Part shown: positions 13,085 through 21,825 of the stretch, in pieces | How the letters are laid out: each line of letters opens with the position of its first letter | How positions within the stretch are numbered: the stretch's first letter is position 1 | Assembly (NCBI GenBank): GCA_964651005.1 | Contig: CAZYVL010000002.1 | Location: 1,275-54,605, forward strand | DNA: 53,331 nt | Source: an uncultured Chthoniobacteraceae bacterium | GTDB lineage: Bacteria; Verrucomicrobiota; Verrucomicrobiia; Chthoniobacterales; Chthoniobacteraceae | Direction: 5' to 3' | Notes under the pieces: generated by a model | Seen by the model: only the letters and a program-made list of their open reading frames with translations | Database searches by the model: none | Told to the model about the DNA's origin: nothing | Made by a program: the position numbers and the translations under genes

Positions 13085-13792
13085 GTGACCTCTGGAGAAA
13101 ACCGGCTAGCATCTCTGGTTTATCCAGCCATGAAAGAACTTGACGAGCAGGAGCGGCTGATTGCCCGCGCCCTCATTCGAGACCCCCGTGAAAGTGACAA
13201 CGGGATTGGCGAATTGACCGGCGTGAACGTTCGGACCGTCAGCCGCAAGCGCCAGCGCCTGGAGCAGGAGGGGATCTTGAGCTACTACACCCACGTCGAT
13301 CTCTCGGCGACCGGGACCGGGCAGTTCAACACGCGGCATCTCTACATCATCAAATTCCGGATCGGGATGACCCCGGCCCAGATCCGGAACGACATCGCCA
13401 ACGAGCCGTTCGTGCGCTCGGTGTTCACGGAGTTCATCTTCGAGAGCCATATCGCCGAGATCGACGGCAAGATCGCCATGCTCCTCTTCATCGACGGGGC
13501 GAGCGACGCCGACATCGTGGCGACGGTGCAGGAAAAGCTCGTCCCGCTTCTGCATCGCAATCACGGGCCGGACTCCATCGAGGAGATTTCCACCATGCGG
13601 CTGCTAACCCCCGTGCGCGTATTGCGCAACTACGTCACGAACGTCAACGTGAAGGACGGCTACCTGCGCAAAGACTGGCCCGACGAAGCGATCTACGTCG
13701 GCCGAGAGCCGGAGCCGGAGCCGGAAGCGGACTCGGAGGCGGCGCGACGGCCCGCACCGGAGCCGACGGTTGGCTTGCGGGCGGTTCGGTAA
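13085..13792 (+). CDS. Lrp/AsnC-family-like transcriptional regulator with a C-terminal extension
   Basis: LDEQERLIARALIRDPRESDNGIGELTGVNVRTVSRKRQRLEQEGIL is an AsnC-type HTH, followed by a beta-alpha-beta (RAM-like) segment. The GTG at 13085 lies 6 nt after GGAGG (13074-13078). An alternative ATG is at 13130. Confidence 0.7.
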   Translation: MTSGENRLASLVYPAMKELDEQERLIARALIRDPRESDNGIGELTGVNVRTVSRKRQRLEQEGILSYYTHVDLSATGTGQFNTRHLYIIKFRIGMTPAQIRNDIANEPFVRSVFTEFIFESHIAEIDGKIAMLLFIDGASDADIVATVQEKLVPLLHRNHGPDSIEEISTMRLLTPVRVLRNYVTNVNVKDGYLRKDWPDEAIYVGREPEPEPEADSEAARRPAPEPTVGLRAVR

Positions 13793-13798
13793 ACCCGG

Positions 13799-14638
13799 TT
13801 ACTGTTTCGGCGAGGCGGATGGCTTCGCCGGGGTTGGCGGTTGAACCGCCCTCGGCACGATCGCCAGCGCGTTGCGCACCGGCTTCCACTCCGAATGCGA
13901 ATACGGAGTCGGGCGGGCGTTCACCCAAAGCGCGGTGGAGCTTCCCCCGTCGAGGTTCAAAGCGCGTTCGACCCGGAGCTCCCGGAAGAGGCCGGGGGTC
14001 GCGAGGAGTTCGCCCGCTTCGGCGAGCGTGATCGGCGGCGTAATGAGCAGGGCCGCCACCCCTTTTTTGTCGGCCAGAAGGATGGTCCGCTCCGCCGGGC
14101 GCTTGGCGTTGAGCCCCGGGACCGTCGCCCCCTTGTCCACCAGGAACGGCCCGGCCTGGAGCGCCTCGCGGATTTGCGGGCCGCCCCGGTATTCTTCCGT
14201 ACGCAGCAACGCCGCCCCGCGCGCAGTGACGGCGAGCACGCCCGTGAGCAGATTCGAGTGTTTCTCCAAGGGATGATGCTCGATGCCTCCCCGGATCACG
14301 AGGCCCAGCGGCGTGCGGTCCGCGTGGAAAAAGCTGCCGTTGACGCCCGCGAGCGCGCCCGCGTCTTGCAGCGCGGAGGCGACGGTTTCATCCGGCGCGA
14401 GATCGACGACTTTCAACGCCGCGCGGGAGCGGTCGAAGAGGACGAGTTGCAGCGCCAGCCGCCGCCCCGCATCGTTGCGGACGCCCCGGATCTGCCGCGA
14501 GACCGGCGGGGCCGGTGCGTCGCCTTCCGTCACCACGGTGGGGGAGGCGGCTCCGGGCGATTCCGCGCGCCACCCCGCCTGGAGGGAAGCGGTGGCGGAA
14601 AAAAGCAGGGCGGTGAAAAGGCGCATCGTGGAGGGCAT
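13799..14638 (-). CDS. Secreted phosphodiester glycosidase family (DUF2233/NAGPA-like) protein
   Basis: Signal-like [17 protein letters not shown]; then VNGSFFH...PLGLVI..., LQAGPFLV and [12 protein letters not shown] motifs. The start is trimmed to the ATG at 14638 (another lies at 14626), because the track's 14692 start adds a Pro-rich leader. Confidence 0.7.
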   Translation of the reverse strand: MPSTMRLFTALLFSATASLQAGWRAESPGAASPTVVTEGDAPAPPVSRQIRGVRNDAGRRLALQLVLFDRSRAALKVVDLAPDETVASALQDAGALAGVNGSFFHADRTPLGLVIRGGIEHHPLEKHSNLLTGVLAVTARGAALLRTEEYRGGPQIREALQAGPFLVDKGATVPGLNAKRPAERTILLADKKGVAALLITPPITLAEAGELLATPGLFRELRVERALNLDGGSSTALWVNARPTPYSHSEWKPVRNALAIVPRAVQPPTPAKPSASPKQ

Positions 14639-14822
14639 GGGCGGGGAGATTGGCGGCGGGGCTGGCGGGGGAGAGGGTGAACGGGATTTCAATTTTCGGG
14701 CGGGGGGCGGCGCGCGTCAAGGCGCGTCGAGCGTTGGGAAACGCGCGGCGGAAACTTTGCCGCGCACGGTTGAGGGGGTTGCGCCGCCCCCCGGGTTGGG
14801 CATAGCCTGCGGGGATCGTGGC

Positions 14823-15719
14823 ATGAATATCGAAAAGGGCATCATTCTCGCGGGCGGTTCGGGCACTCGGCTTCATCCGCTCACCCGGCTGACGTGCAAG
14901 CAGCTCCTGCCGGTTTATGACAAGCCGATGATCTACTACCCGCTGGCGACGTTGATGCTCGGCGGCATCCGCGAAATCCTGCTCATCTCCACGCCTGCGG
15001 ATCTCCCCCGCTTTCAGGAAATCCTCGGGGATGGCGCGCAGTATGGCATTCATCTCCAGTACGCCGTGCAGGAGCGCCCGGAGGGAATCGCGCAGGCGTT
15101 CCTGGTGGGGGAGGAGTTTATCGGCGACTCGGGCGTGAGCCTGATCCTCGGCGACAATCTCTTTTACGGCCCGCTCGATTTTTACCGGCGGGCGCTGGCG
15201 CTGGAGCGGGGGGCGTGCGTGTTTGCCTACCCCGTGCGCGATCCGGGGCGGTACGCGGTGGTGGAGTTCGACGCGACGGGCCGGGCGATCAGCCTGGAGG
15301 AGAAGCCCTCCCGACCCAAATCCCACTACGCGGTGCCCGGCCTGTATGTCTACGACAACGCGGTGGTGGAGATTTGCCGCCGCCTGAGACCATCGGCGCG
15401 CGGCGAGCTGGAGATCACCGATGTGAACCGGGAGTACCTCCGGCGCGGGCAGCTCCGGGTGGAACTGCTCGGGCGCGGCATGGCGTGGCTCGACACGGGG
15501 ACGCACGAGAGCCTGCTGGAGGCCGCCAACTACGTCGCCGCCATCCAGCACCGCCAGGGGCTGATGATCGCCTGCCTGGAGGAGATCGGGTTCAACCGTG
15601 GGTTCCTGACCGTGGAGGCGCTCCGCAGCCGCCTCGCGGAGCTTCCCCGGAACGCATACCGCCACTATCTGGAAGGGGTGCTGGCGGAGGCGGAGGGAGG
15701 CTTCCCCCGACCCGCCTGA
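14823..15719 (+). CDS. rfbA: Glucose-1-phosphate thymidylyltransferase
   Basis: [21 protein letters not shown]...[16 protein letters not shown]...GIAQAF...GDN..YG...ELEITDVN. The track's longer 14283 start overlaps the opposite-strand gene and was rejected. Confidence 0.95.
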   Translation: MNIEKGIILAGGSGTRLHPLTRLTCKQLLPVYDKPMIYYPLATLMLGGIREILLISTPADLPRFQEILGDGAQYGIHLQYAVQERPEGIAQAFLVGEEFIGDSGVSLILGDNLFYGPLDFYRRALALERGACVFAYPVRDPGRYAVVEFDATGRAISLEEKPSRPKSHYAVPGLYVYDNAVVEICRRLRPSARGELEITDVNREYLRRGQLRVELLGRGMAWLDTGTHESLLEAANYVAAIQHRQGLMIACLEEIGFNRGFLTVEALRSRLAELPRNAYRHYLEGVLAEAEGGFPRPA

Positions 15720-15731
15720 ATCGGCCTGAAT

Positions 15732-16356
15732 CTATTGGGTCTCCTCCTCGTCGAGGATTCCAAGATGCAGCCCGTAGACGCCGATCTCCACATCGGGATG
15801 TCCGTTCTGGATGTAGACCTGCATGGAGACGGCGTTCTCGGAAATCTGGTTGCGTCTGGAGCGGTATTTTCTCGATTTGGCAAAACGGAGGTTGAAGTAC
15901 CGCCATTTGTCGCGGTTCGACGACCCGGAGTTGTTGCACTGGTTATCGCCGACCTTCTCCCCTGCCGCGTTGAAGAAGCGGATGCCGAGGTTTGAATAGC
16001 TGCCCGTCGGCTGCCGGATCCAGCCGGAGAGAAGAGAGGTTTTCTCGCTCTGGAGTGCGACTTTCGCCGAACGGGGCAACTCGTCGGAGGACGGGCCTTT
16101 CCCTTCGACATGGAAGCTGGTCCCCCGGGAGAGGATTTGCCCGGAAGCGTGGCGCCGATCTTGCGGAGCATGTCCGCTAGTGTAGTGCGCGCGAATAAGA
16201 ATAACATATAGCTTTTCCTCGTCTCGGCGGCCCCGTTAAGGTGAAGGGCATATACCCGTTGAGCAGCAACGTCCAGAGGCTCGCGGCCACTGCCGGGACG
16301 AGCAAGCCACGGGCAAGCGCGCGTTTGGTGCGGGCGATCCGTTGGCGGCGCACCAC
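15732..16356 (-). pseudogene. Split hypothetical gene: an N-terminal membrane anchor (frame of 16356-16177) plus a beta-rich domain (frame open 16235-15732), separated by a 1-nt frame offset at the C4 run 16231-16234
   Basis: The first frame gives (V)VRRQRIARTKRALARGLLVPAVAASLWTLLLNGYMPFTLTG.., ending at TAG 16177. The second frame reads RDEEKLYVILIRAHYTSGH...SFHVEGKG...LLSGWIRQPTGSYSNLGIRFFNAAGEKVGDN...VSMQVYIQNGHPDVEIGVYGLHLG* with no ATG/GTG/TTG before the TTG at 16079. Removing one G joins them into a ~208-aa ORF. Local G+C is low. Confidence 0.35.
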
Positions 16357-16442
16357 GCTGTCCCGCCGATGGCGATCCGGAAAACCGGAAAACAACCGGG
16401 CGCTGAGGTTTGGAAGCGCGGTGGATTTCCGCGCTTCGGGTA

Positions 16443-17687
16443 TTATTCGAGCGTATGGATAAAGAGGCCCGAACGGAGCTTCGGCTCGAACCAGGTGCTC
16501 TTGGGCGGCATGATCTGGCTGGCGTCGGCGATGTCCATGAGCTGCTCCACGGTGGTCGGATGCATCGAAAACGCGACGGCGGCGCGGCCATCGCGCACGC
16601 GCGCTTCCAGCTCTCCCGTGCCACGGATACCGCCCACGAAGTCGATGCGGCGGCTGGTGCGCGGGTCGTCGATGCCGAGGATCGGGGCAAGCAGCCGTTC
16701 CTGAAGCACGGTCACGTCGAGCCGCTCGATCGGGTCCGCCTCCGGCTGCGCGGGCCAGGCGACCTGCCACCACCGCTCTCCGAGAAACATCCGCACCTCG
16801 CCGGGGCGATCCGGGACGGGCGTGGCGTTCTCGCAGAGGGTGAACCCGGCGGCGCGCACCGCTTCCAGGAACGCTTCGGGCGTCTGGCCGTTGAGATCGT
16901 GCACCGCCCGGTTGTACGCAAGGATGCGAAGCTGGCTGGCCGGGAAGAGGACGCAGAGGAACCAGTTGTACGGCTCCTCGCCGGTGTGGTTCGGGTTTTT
17001 CTCCCGGCGTTCGCGGCCCACGCGGACGGCGCTGGCCGTGCGGTGATGGCCATCGGCGACGTAGGCCGCGGGCACCCGCGCGAAGGCTTCCACGAAACGG
17101 GCGCAATGCACGCCCGGCCCCGTGCCCGCCACGCGCCAGACCGTGTGGCCGATGCCGTCGGGAGCGGTGAAGTCGTAGAGCGGCGGGGTCTTGAGCGTCT
17201 CCGCCACCAGCGCGTCGAGTTCCGGCGTGTCGCGGTAGGTAAGGAAGACGGGGCCGGTGTTGGCGCTGATCGTGTCGATGAGGCGCGTCCGGTCGTCTTC
17301 CTTGTCGCGGCGGGTTTTCTCGTGCTTCTTGATGAGGTCGCGTTCGTAATCCTCGATATGACAAGTGAGCGCGATGCCCGTCTGCGTGTGCCCGCCCATC
17401 CGCTGCTGGTAGAGGTAGAGGCACGGCTCCGCTTCGCGCACGAGCGTCCCCTCCGCCTGGAGAGCGAGGAAGGTTTCGCGCGCCTTGGCGTAGACTTCCC
17501 CGGAGTACGGGTCGGTCCCGGGAGGGAGGTCGATCTCCGCGCGGTCCACATGCAGGAGGCTCCGGGGATTTCCGGCTGCCAGCGCGGCGGCTTCCCGGGC
17601 ATCGACCACATCGTACGGGACACAGGCGACTTGCGGGGCAAGGGAATCGGCGGGCCGAAGGCCCTGAAACGGTTTGACGCGAAGCAT
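16443..17687 (-). CDS. DUF1015 family protein
   Basis: MLRVKPFQGLRPADSLAPQVACVPYDVV...IKKHEKTRRDKEDDRTRLI...ADGHHRTASA...PPKSTWFEPKLRSGLF are hallmark DUF1015 motifs. The start is set at the ATG at 17687, because the track's 18011 start adds an Ala/Ser/Arg-rich, low-complexity leader. Confidence 0.85.
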   Translation of the reverse strand: MLRVKPFQGLRPADSLAPQVACVPYDVVDAREAAALAAGNPRSLLHVDRAEIDLPPGTDPYSGEVYAKARETFLALQAEGTLVREAEPCLYLYQQRMGGHTQTGIALTCHIEDYERDLIKKHEKTRRDKEDDRTRLIDTISANTGPVFLTYRDTPELDALVAETLKTPPLYDFTAPDGIGHTVWRVAGTGPGVHCARFVEAFARVPAAYVADGHHRTASAVRVGRERREKNPNHTGEEPYNWFLCVLFPASQLRILAYNRAVHDLNGQTPEAFLEAVRAAGFTLCENATPVPDRPGEVRMFLGERWWQVAWPAQPEADPIERLDVTVLQERLLAPILGIDDPRTSRRIDFVGGIRGTGELEARVRDGRAAVAFSMHPTTVEQLMDIADASQIMPPKSTWFEPKLRSGLFIHTLE

Positions 17688-17865
17688 ACGCCAAAGAGCA
17701 AAACCGGGCGGCGGGGAGATTTCAAGTTCAACCTCCATTCCCGCCTCGATGCTTGAAAGCGGTTCCGAGGGTTGACGCGGCGGGGATGGCGGTGCACCGT
17801 GGCGCCGACTCTGGACTCCACGGCGGGCGCGACTCCCCCTCCGGCTCTCCCCCTTTCCCCCCCCA

Positions 17866-18420
17866 ATGCCGAAATTTTCGCCTCTCCTTCTGCTCGCCCT
17901 GCTCGTCCCGCCGCTGCTGCTGGCGGGGTGTGCCGGGGGCGTGCAAAAAGGGGCGGAGGCGGAAGCGGTCGCGGTGTCTGCCGCTGCCAATCTTGCCACG
18001 AATCTCACCAAGCACCCGAAAACGCTCCGCGTGCGGACGACCGCCTACACCGGCAGGCGCAACGCCATCGGCAAGCCAGTCTCCCTCGGGCCGGTCATCA
18101 GCGCCGCCGCCGACTGGTCGCGGTTTCCGCTCGGCACCCGCTTTCGCATCCGGCAGACCGGGAAGACGTACGTGGTCGATGACTACGGCTCGGCCCTCGT
18201 CGGCACGGAGACGATCGACCTCTTGACGTCGAGCGTCTCCGTGGCGCGGCGCTGGGGCGTGCGGTGGGTGGACATCGAGATTCTGGAATGGGGTTCGCCG
18301 CGCCGGAGCCTGGAGGTGCTCACCCCGCGCGCCCATGTGCGGCACGTCCGGCCGATGCTCGCGGCACTCCGCGCGCAGTCCGAAGGAATCCCGAAGCGGT
18401 TTCACCGGGTCGATCGTTAA
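17866..18420 (+). CDS. Lipoprotein with a 3D (MltA/RlpA-like double-psi beta-barrel) domain
   Basis: Lipobox LLLAGC after a hydrophobic leader. RVRTTAYTG...VISAAADWSRFPLGTRFRIRQTGKTYVVDDYGSALVGTETIDLL fits the 3D-domain pattern. Confidence 0.75.
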   Translation: MPKFSPLLLLALLVPPLLLAGCAGGVQKGAEAEAVAVSAAANLATNLTKHPKTLRVRTTAYTGRRNAIGKPVSLGPVISAAADWSRFPLGTRFRIRQTGKTYVVDDYGSALVGTETIDLLTSSVSVARRWGVRWVDIEILEWGSPRRSLEVLTPRAHVRHVRPMLAALRAQSEGIPKRFHRVDR

Positions 18421-18563
18421 CGAGGATAGGGGGGTGTCGCGATCGGCGACGCTTGTGTTGTGCTTTCCGGCGCGGTTTCCGGTGGAAACCGGCGCGGGTG
18501 CCTGCAAACCGGGCGTGGCATCGCCCCTGCTCTCTCCCGGCGGCAACGGGAGGAGGAAAGGCG

Positions 18564-19058
18564 ATGTTGATCCAAAAGACGTTTCACCTCGGGATGAAAA
18601 AGGAGGTTGCCCGGGAAAGGCTCTTTCACGTGCGCGAATACCGGCATGAGCTGCCCGGAGTGGAGCTGGCCGTTACGGCGGCGGCGGCGGAAGCGGTCCA
18701 TTTCGCCTTCCGGCTGGCCGGGGGGGTGCGCGCCAGGGTGGAGCTGGTCCGCGCGGAGGGGGATAACCCGGCGCAGACGCTCTTTCGCTCGCGCGATGGC
18801 AATCTCGACGTGCTCGGGGTGCTGGAGTTCTTCGAGATCAAGCCCGACCTGACGGAGGTGGTCCTGACGCTCGACTACTCGTTTCGCTCGCCGGTTTTCC
18901 AGGCGGTCGATTATCTCCTGCACGGGATGGAGCGTTTCATCGACCGGCAGATCGGGAGCATCGAGGCGCATTTCGCCCGGCCTGTCGCGGGATTCCGGGC
19001 CGACCGCGATCTCCCCACGCCGATCAACGGAACGCCGCTCTACGCCGACGAGGAGTAG
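18564..19058 (+). CDS. Hypothetical protein, possibly SRPBCC/START-fold
   Basis: The ATG lies 7 nt after AGGAGGA (18551-18557). The 164-aa product has alternating beta-like segments and a long C-terminal helix (LLHGMERFIDRQIGSIEAHF). The fold assignment is a guess. Confidence 0.5.
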   Translation: MLIQKTFHLGMKKEVARERLFHVREYRHELPGVELAVTAAAAEAVHFAFRLAGGVRARVELVRAEGDNPAQTLFRSRDGNLDVLGVLEFFEIKPDLTEVVLTLDYSFRSPVFQAVDYLLHGMERFIDRQIGSIEAHFARPVAGFRADRDLPTPINGTPLYADEE

Positions 19059-19072
19059 CCGCGCTCTTGCGT

Positions 19073-19621
19073 TTACGCCTCCGCCAGCCGGGCGAGGAGG
19101 CTCGCGCGCGATTCCGGGAGCCGGTGCCCCTGCCAAGTGAGGATGAGGGCGGCAGGCGCGTCGTTCCCGCCGCCCTCCACGCCGAGGCCGAGCAGGCGGG
19201 CCAGTTCGTTTTCGAAATGGAGCAGCGCCCGGCGGCCCGGCGGGTGGGTTTCCAGAAAATGGAGCGCGCGCTGCAAAAGATCGTAAAGCTCCGGGGCGGG
19301 GTGCTCGGGTTCCGTCGCCAGCTCCAGAAGCTCGACGAAGTACGACGCCAGCTCCACGCGGCCATACTCCCGCCGCAGCCCGTCGTGCGGATCGCGCAGC
19401 GCGACTTCCCTGAGCGTGTGGATTTCGCTCCGGCTGCTGCGGGCGAAGGCGATCTCGGCTTCGAAGAAGAGATCGAGCATCCCGGCGAACGGGCCGCGCG
19501 GGCGCAGCGCCCCCCGGGCGAGCGTCTTGAGCTTGCCGTGGCCGTGGGTGAGCCAGGTGACAATCAGGCTCGTCTCCGAATACCGGGTGCGGCGGAGCAG
19601 GATGGCCGCGGTGCTTTCCAT
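19073..19621 (-). CDS. recO: DNA repair protein RecO (short form)
   Basis: AILLRRTRYSETSLIVTWLTHGHGKLKTLARGA...L..FE.ELARLLG is a RecO-like N-terminal OB-fold and helical region. It is 182 aa and has no zinc-finger segment. Confidence 0.7.
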   Translation of the reverse strand: MESTAAILLRRTRYSETSLIVTWLTHGHGKLKTLARGALRPRGPFAGMLDLFFEAEIAFARSSRSEIHTLREVALRDPHDGLRREYGRVELASYFVELLELATEPEHPAPELYDLLQRALHFLETHPPGRRALLHFENELARLLGLGVEGGGNDAPAALILTWQGHRLPESRASLLARLAEA

Positions 19622-19701
19622 AAGCCCGAGCGTAGCGCGGAGGGCGGGCGCGCGCGAGGGCTTTGCAACCGGGGCCGCTCCGAACGAAGGTGCAGGACGG
19701 T

Positions 19702-20295
19702 ATGACCTGGTTTTCGATGGCGTTCCTCCTCTTCTTCGTGCTCGACCCGATCGGGAACATCCCCCTTTTCCTCAACGCGCTGCGCAAGGTGCCGCCCGCG
19801 CGCCAGCGCCGGGTGATCGTGCGCGAGTGCGCGCTCGCCTTTGGCGTGCTGCTGCTTTTCATGCTGGCGGGGAAGGTCTTTCTCCAGGCGCTCCATCTCT
19901 CGGCGACTTCGCTCGGGATCGCGGGCGGGATCATCCTTTTCCTCATCGCGGTGCGGATGATCTTTCCCACGTCCGAGCATCTCTTCGGCGTCACTTCGGA
20001 CGCGGAGCCGCTGCTGTTTCCGCTGGCGATCCCGACTGTCGCCGGGCCATCCGCGCTGGCGACGGTGCTGCTGCTCGTCTCCGGGAATCCCGGGCGGCTC
20101 GGGGCGTGCCTGGCGGCCTTGGCGACGGCGATGGCCGCTTCCACGCTGATCCTCGTCTGCGCCGGGAGGATCGCCGCGTTCGTCGGCCCCCGGGTGATGA
20201 CCGCCGCCGAGCGGTTGATGGGGTTGATCCTTACCGCCATTGCCGTGGAGATGTTCCTCCAGGGCATCCGGGCGTTCGTGGAGTCGCTGGCGTGA
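19702..20295 (+). CDS. marC: MarC family (UPF0056) integral membrane protein
   Basis: FLLFFVLDPIGNIPLFL...FPLAIPTVAGPSALATVLLL... is the MarC signature. The start is set at the ATG at 19702. Confidence 0.85.
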   Translation: MTWFSMAFLLFFVLDPIGNIPLFLNALRKVPPARQRRVIVRECALAFGVLLLFMLAGKVFLQALHLSATSLGIAGGIILFLIAVRMIFPTSEHLFGVTSDAEPLLFPLAIPTVAGPSALATVLLLVSGNPGRLGACLAALATAMAASTLILVCAGRIAAFVGPRVMTAAERLMGLILTAIAVEMFLQGIRAFVESLA

Positions 20296-20319
20296 GGGGC
20301 GGGAGAGGGGAGAGGAGAA

Positions 20320-21273
20320 TCAAGCGCGCGGATGCGCCTCGTTGTAGGCTTTTTTCATCCGCTCGATGGAGACGTGCGTGTAGATCTGCGTCGTGGAGAG
20401 GCTGGCGTGGCCGAGCAGCGACTGGACGCTGCGCAGGTCCGCCCCGTTGTCGAGCAGGTGCGTGGCAAAGGAGTGCCGCAGCTTGTGCGGGGTGATCCCA
20501 CGGGGGAGTTCCGCCAGGAGGACGTATTTTTCCAGCATCGCGGCGATGTTGCGCACGGAGAGCCGCTTGCGCAGCTTGGAGAGGAAGAGCGGGCCGGTGC
20601 GCACGTCGGCCTCCTCCCGGTAGCGCGCGAGGGCGGCCAGAGCCGGGGCGCCCACCGGGCAGAGCCGCTCCTTGCGCCCTTTGCCGAGCACGCGGACCGA
20701 CTCCGAATACGGATCGACATCGGCCACGTTCAGCCCCGCGAGCTCCTGGAGGCGAAGCCCGGCGGAGTAGAAAAGCTCCAGGATCGCGGCATCGCGGGCG
20801 GGGAGCCAGCGCGGCGCTTTCTTGGAGGGCTTCGCCCGGAGCGGGGCGGTCAGCAGGGCGTCGATCTGCGCGGGCGTGAGCACCACGGGGAGCTTCCGCT
20901 CCGCCTTGGGGAGCTGCACCTCCTCCAGAGGGTTGGCGCTCAGCCCGTGCCGCTCCCGCAGAAAACGGTAGAAGCTCCGCAGCGCGGCGAAGTGCAGCCG
21001 CACGGAGGCGCGCGCCAGCCCGCTCTTCATGAGGTGGAAGAGAAAAGCGCGGAAATGCTCCGGCCCGCACTCACGCCACGGCGGCGGGGGAGACGGGTTG
21101 GCAAAGCCGCGGAAGAGGGCGAGGGAGTGCCGGTAGTTGGTGATCGTGTTCGGGGAGAGATTCCGTTCCGAGTCGAGCGCCTCCAGGAACGCCTCGGCGA
21201 GACGGTCTTTTTTCTCTTTTTTCCCTATTTTCTCCTGGCGCCGTGGAGGGGAAGGGGAGGAGGGGGAATCCAT
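20320..21273 (-). CDS. xerC: Tyrosine recombinase XerC/XerD family
   Basis: The N-terminal SAM-like domain (NTITNYRHSLALF) and the catalytic region ...HKLRHSFATHLLDNGADLRSVQSLLGHASLSTTQIYTHV are both present. The start is set at the ATG at 21273. XerC versus XerD cannot be resolved by eye. Confidence 0.88.
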   Translation of the reverse strand: MDSPSSPSPPRRQEKIGKKEKKDRLAEAFLEALDSERNLSPNTITNYRHSLALFRGFANPSPPPPWRECGPEHFRAFLFHLMKSGLARASVRLHFAALRSFYRFLRERHGLSANPLEEVQLPKAERKLPVVLTPAQIDALLTAPLRAKPSKKAPRWLPARDAAILELFYSAGLRLQELAGLNVADVDPYSESVRVLGKGRKERLCPVGAPALAALARYREEADVRTGPLFLSKLRKRLSVRNIAAMLEKYVLLAELPRGITPHKLRHSFATHLLDNGADLRSVQSLLGHASLSTTQIYTHVSIERMKKAYNEAHPRA

Positions 21274-21320
21274 CGGCTTCGAGCTGGTTAAGGGATTGGA
21301 GCCTCCTTCGGCAGCGGAAG

Positions 21321-21755
21321 TCAACACCGGGGCACCGCCTCGCGGGCAAGCTGGTCGCAGCGTTCGTTGAGGGCGTGCCCCGCGTGGCCGCGCACCCAGC
21401 GCCATTCGATGGCGTGGTCCGCTTGCACCCGGTCGAGTTCCTTCCAGAGATCCTCGTTTTTCACCGGCTCCCGCTTGCGCGTGGTCCACCCTTTCGCTTT
21501 CCACTCCCGGAGCCAGCGGGTGACGCCGTGGCGGAGGTAGGTGGAGTCGGTAAAGAGCTCGATCCGGCACGGCTCGCGCAGCGCCCGGAGCGCCTCGATG
21601 GCAGCCTGAAGCTCCATCCGGTTATTGGTGGTCGCGGGGGTGCCGCCGCGCAGCTCCTTGGTGCGCCCGTTCCAGAGCAGGATGGCCGCCCAGCCACCCG
21701 GGCCGGGGTTGCCACGGCAGGCGCCGTCGGTATAGATCGTCACAGGCTTCAACAA
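21321..21755 (-). CDS. rnhA: Ribonuclease HI
   Basis: [24 protein letters not shown]...[15 protein letters not shown]...TDSTYL...[18 protein letters not shown]. The start is uncertain: TTG at 21755 or 21752, or the track's GTG at 21845. Confidence 0.88.
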   Translation of the reverse strand: MLKPVTIYTDGACRGNPGPGGWAAILLWNGRTKELRGGTPATTNNRMELQAAIEALRALREPCRIELFTDSTYLRHGVTRWLREWKAKGWTTRKREPVKNEDLWKELDRVQADHAIEWRWVRGHAGHALNERCDQLAREAVPRC

Positions 21756-21825
21756 GCCGAGCCATAACGGGAAAACCGGCGGCTTGCCAAATGAAAAGCC
21801 CGGGCGAGAGTGTTGCCCGTTTCCC

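Noticed and set aside
14283-14822. N-terminal 180-aa extension of rfbA in the ORF track (start 14283)
   Set aside because: - The extension is low-complexity and overlaps the opposite-strand DUF2233 gene.
- The canonical RfbA N-terminus [17 protein letters not shown] begins at 14823.
16413-16437. The hairpin GAAGCGCGG-N7-CCGCGCTTC as the intrinsic terminator of the DUF1015 gene
   Set aside because: - The stem is good, but on the minus strand it is followed by CAAACC rather than a U-tract.
- It is kept only as a note within the low-G+C islet finding.
16177-18011. Off-frame and antisense ORFs overlapping the DUF1015 gene (16177-17694 minus, 16410-17756 plus, 16712-17866 minus), plus the 522-aa extended version of the DUF1015 ORF
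   Set aside because: - DUF1015 motifs occur only in the frame 17687-16443.
- The others are Arg/Pro/Ala-rich shadows.
- Only the last 59 codons of 16177-17694 (16356-16177) look like a real TM peptide. Those are treated under the split gene 15732-16356.
20320-21273. The tyrosine recombinase as a marker of an integrated mobile element
   Set aside because: - It has full XerC/XerD-type motifs.
- It sits among housekeeping genes (marC, rnhA).
- It has no adjacent tRNA, no direct repeats and no phage or IS genes.
- It was therefore treated as the chromosomal dimer-resolution recombinase.
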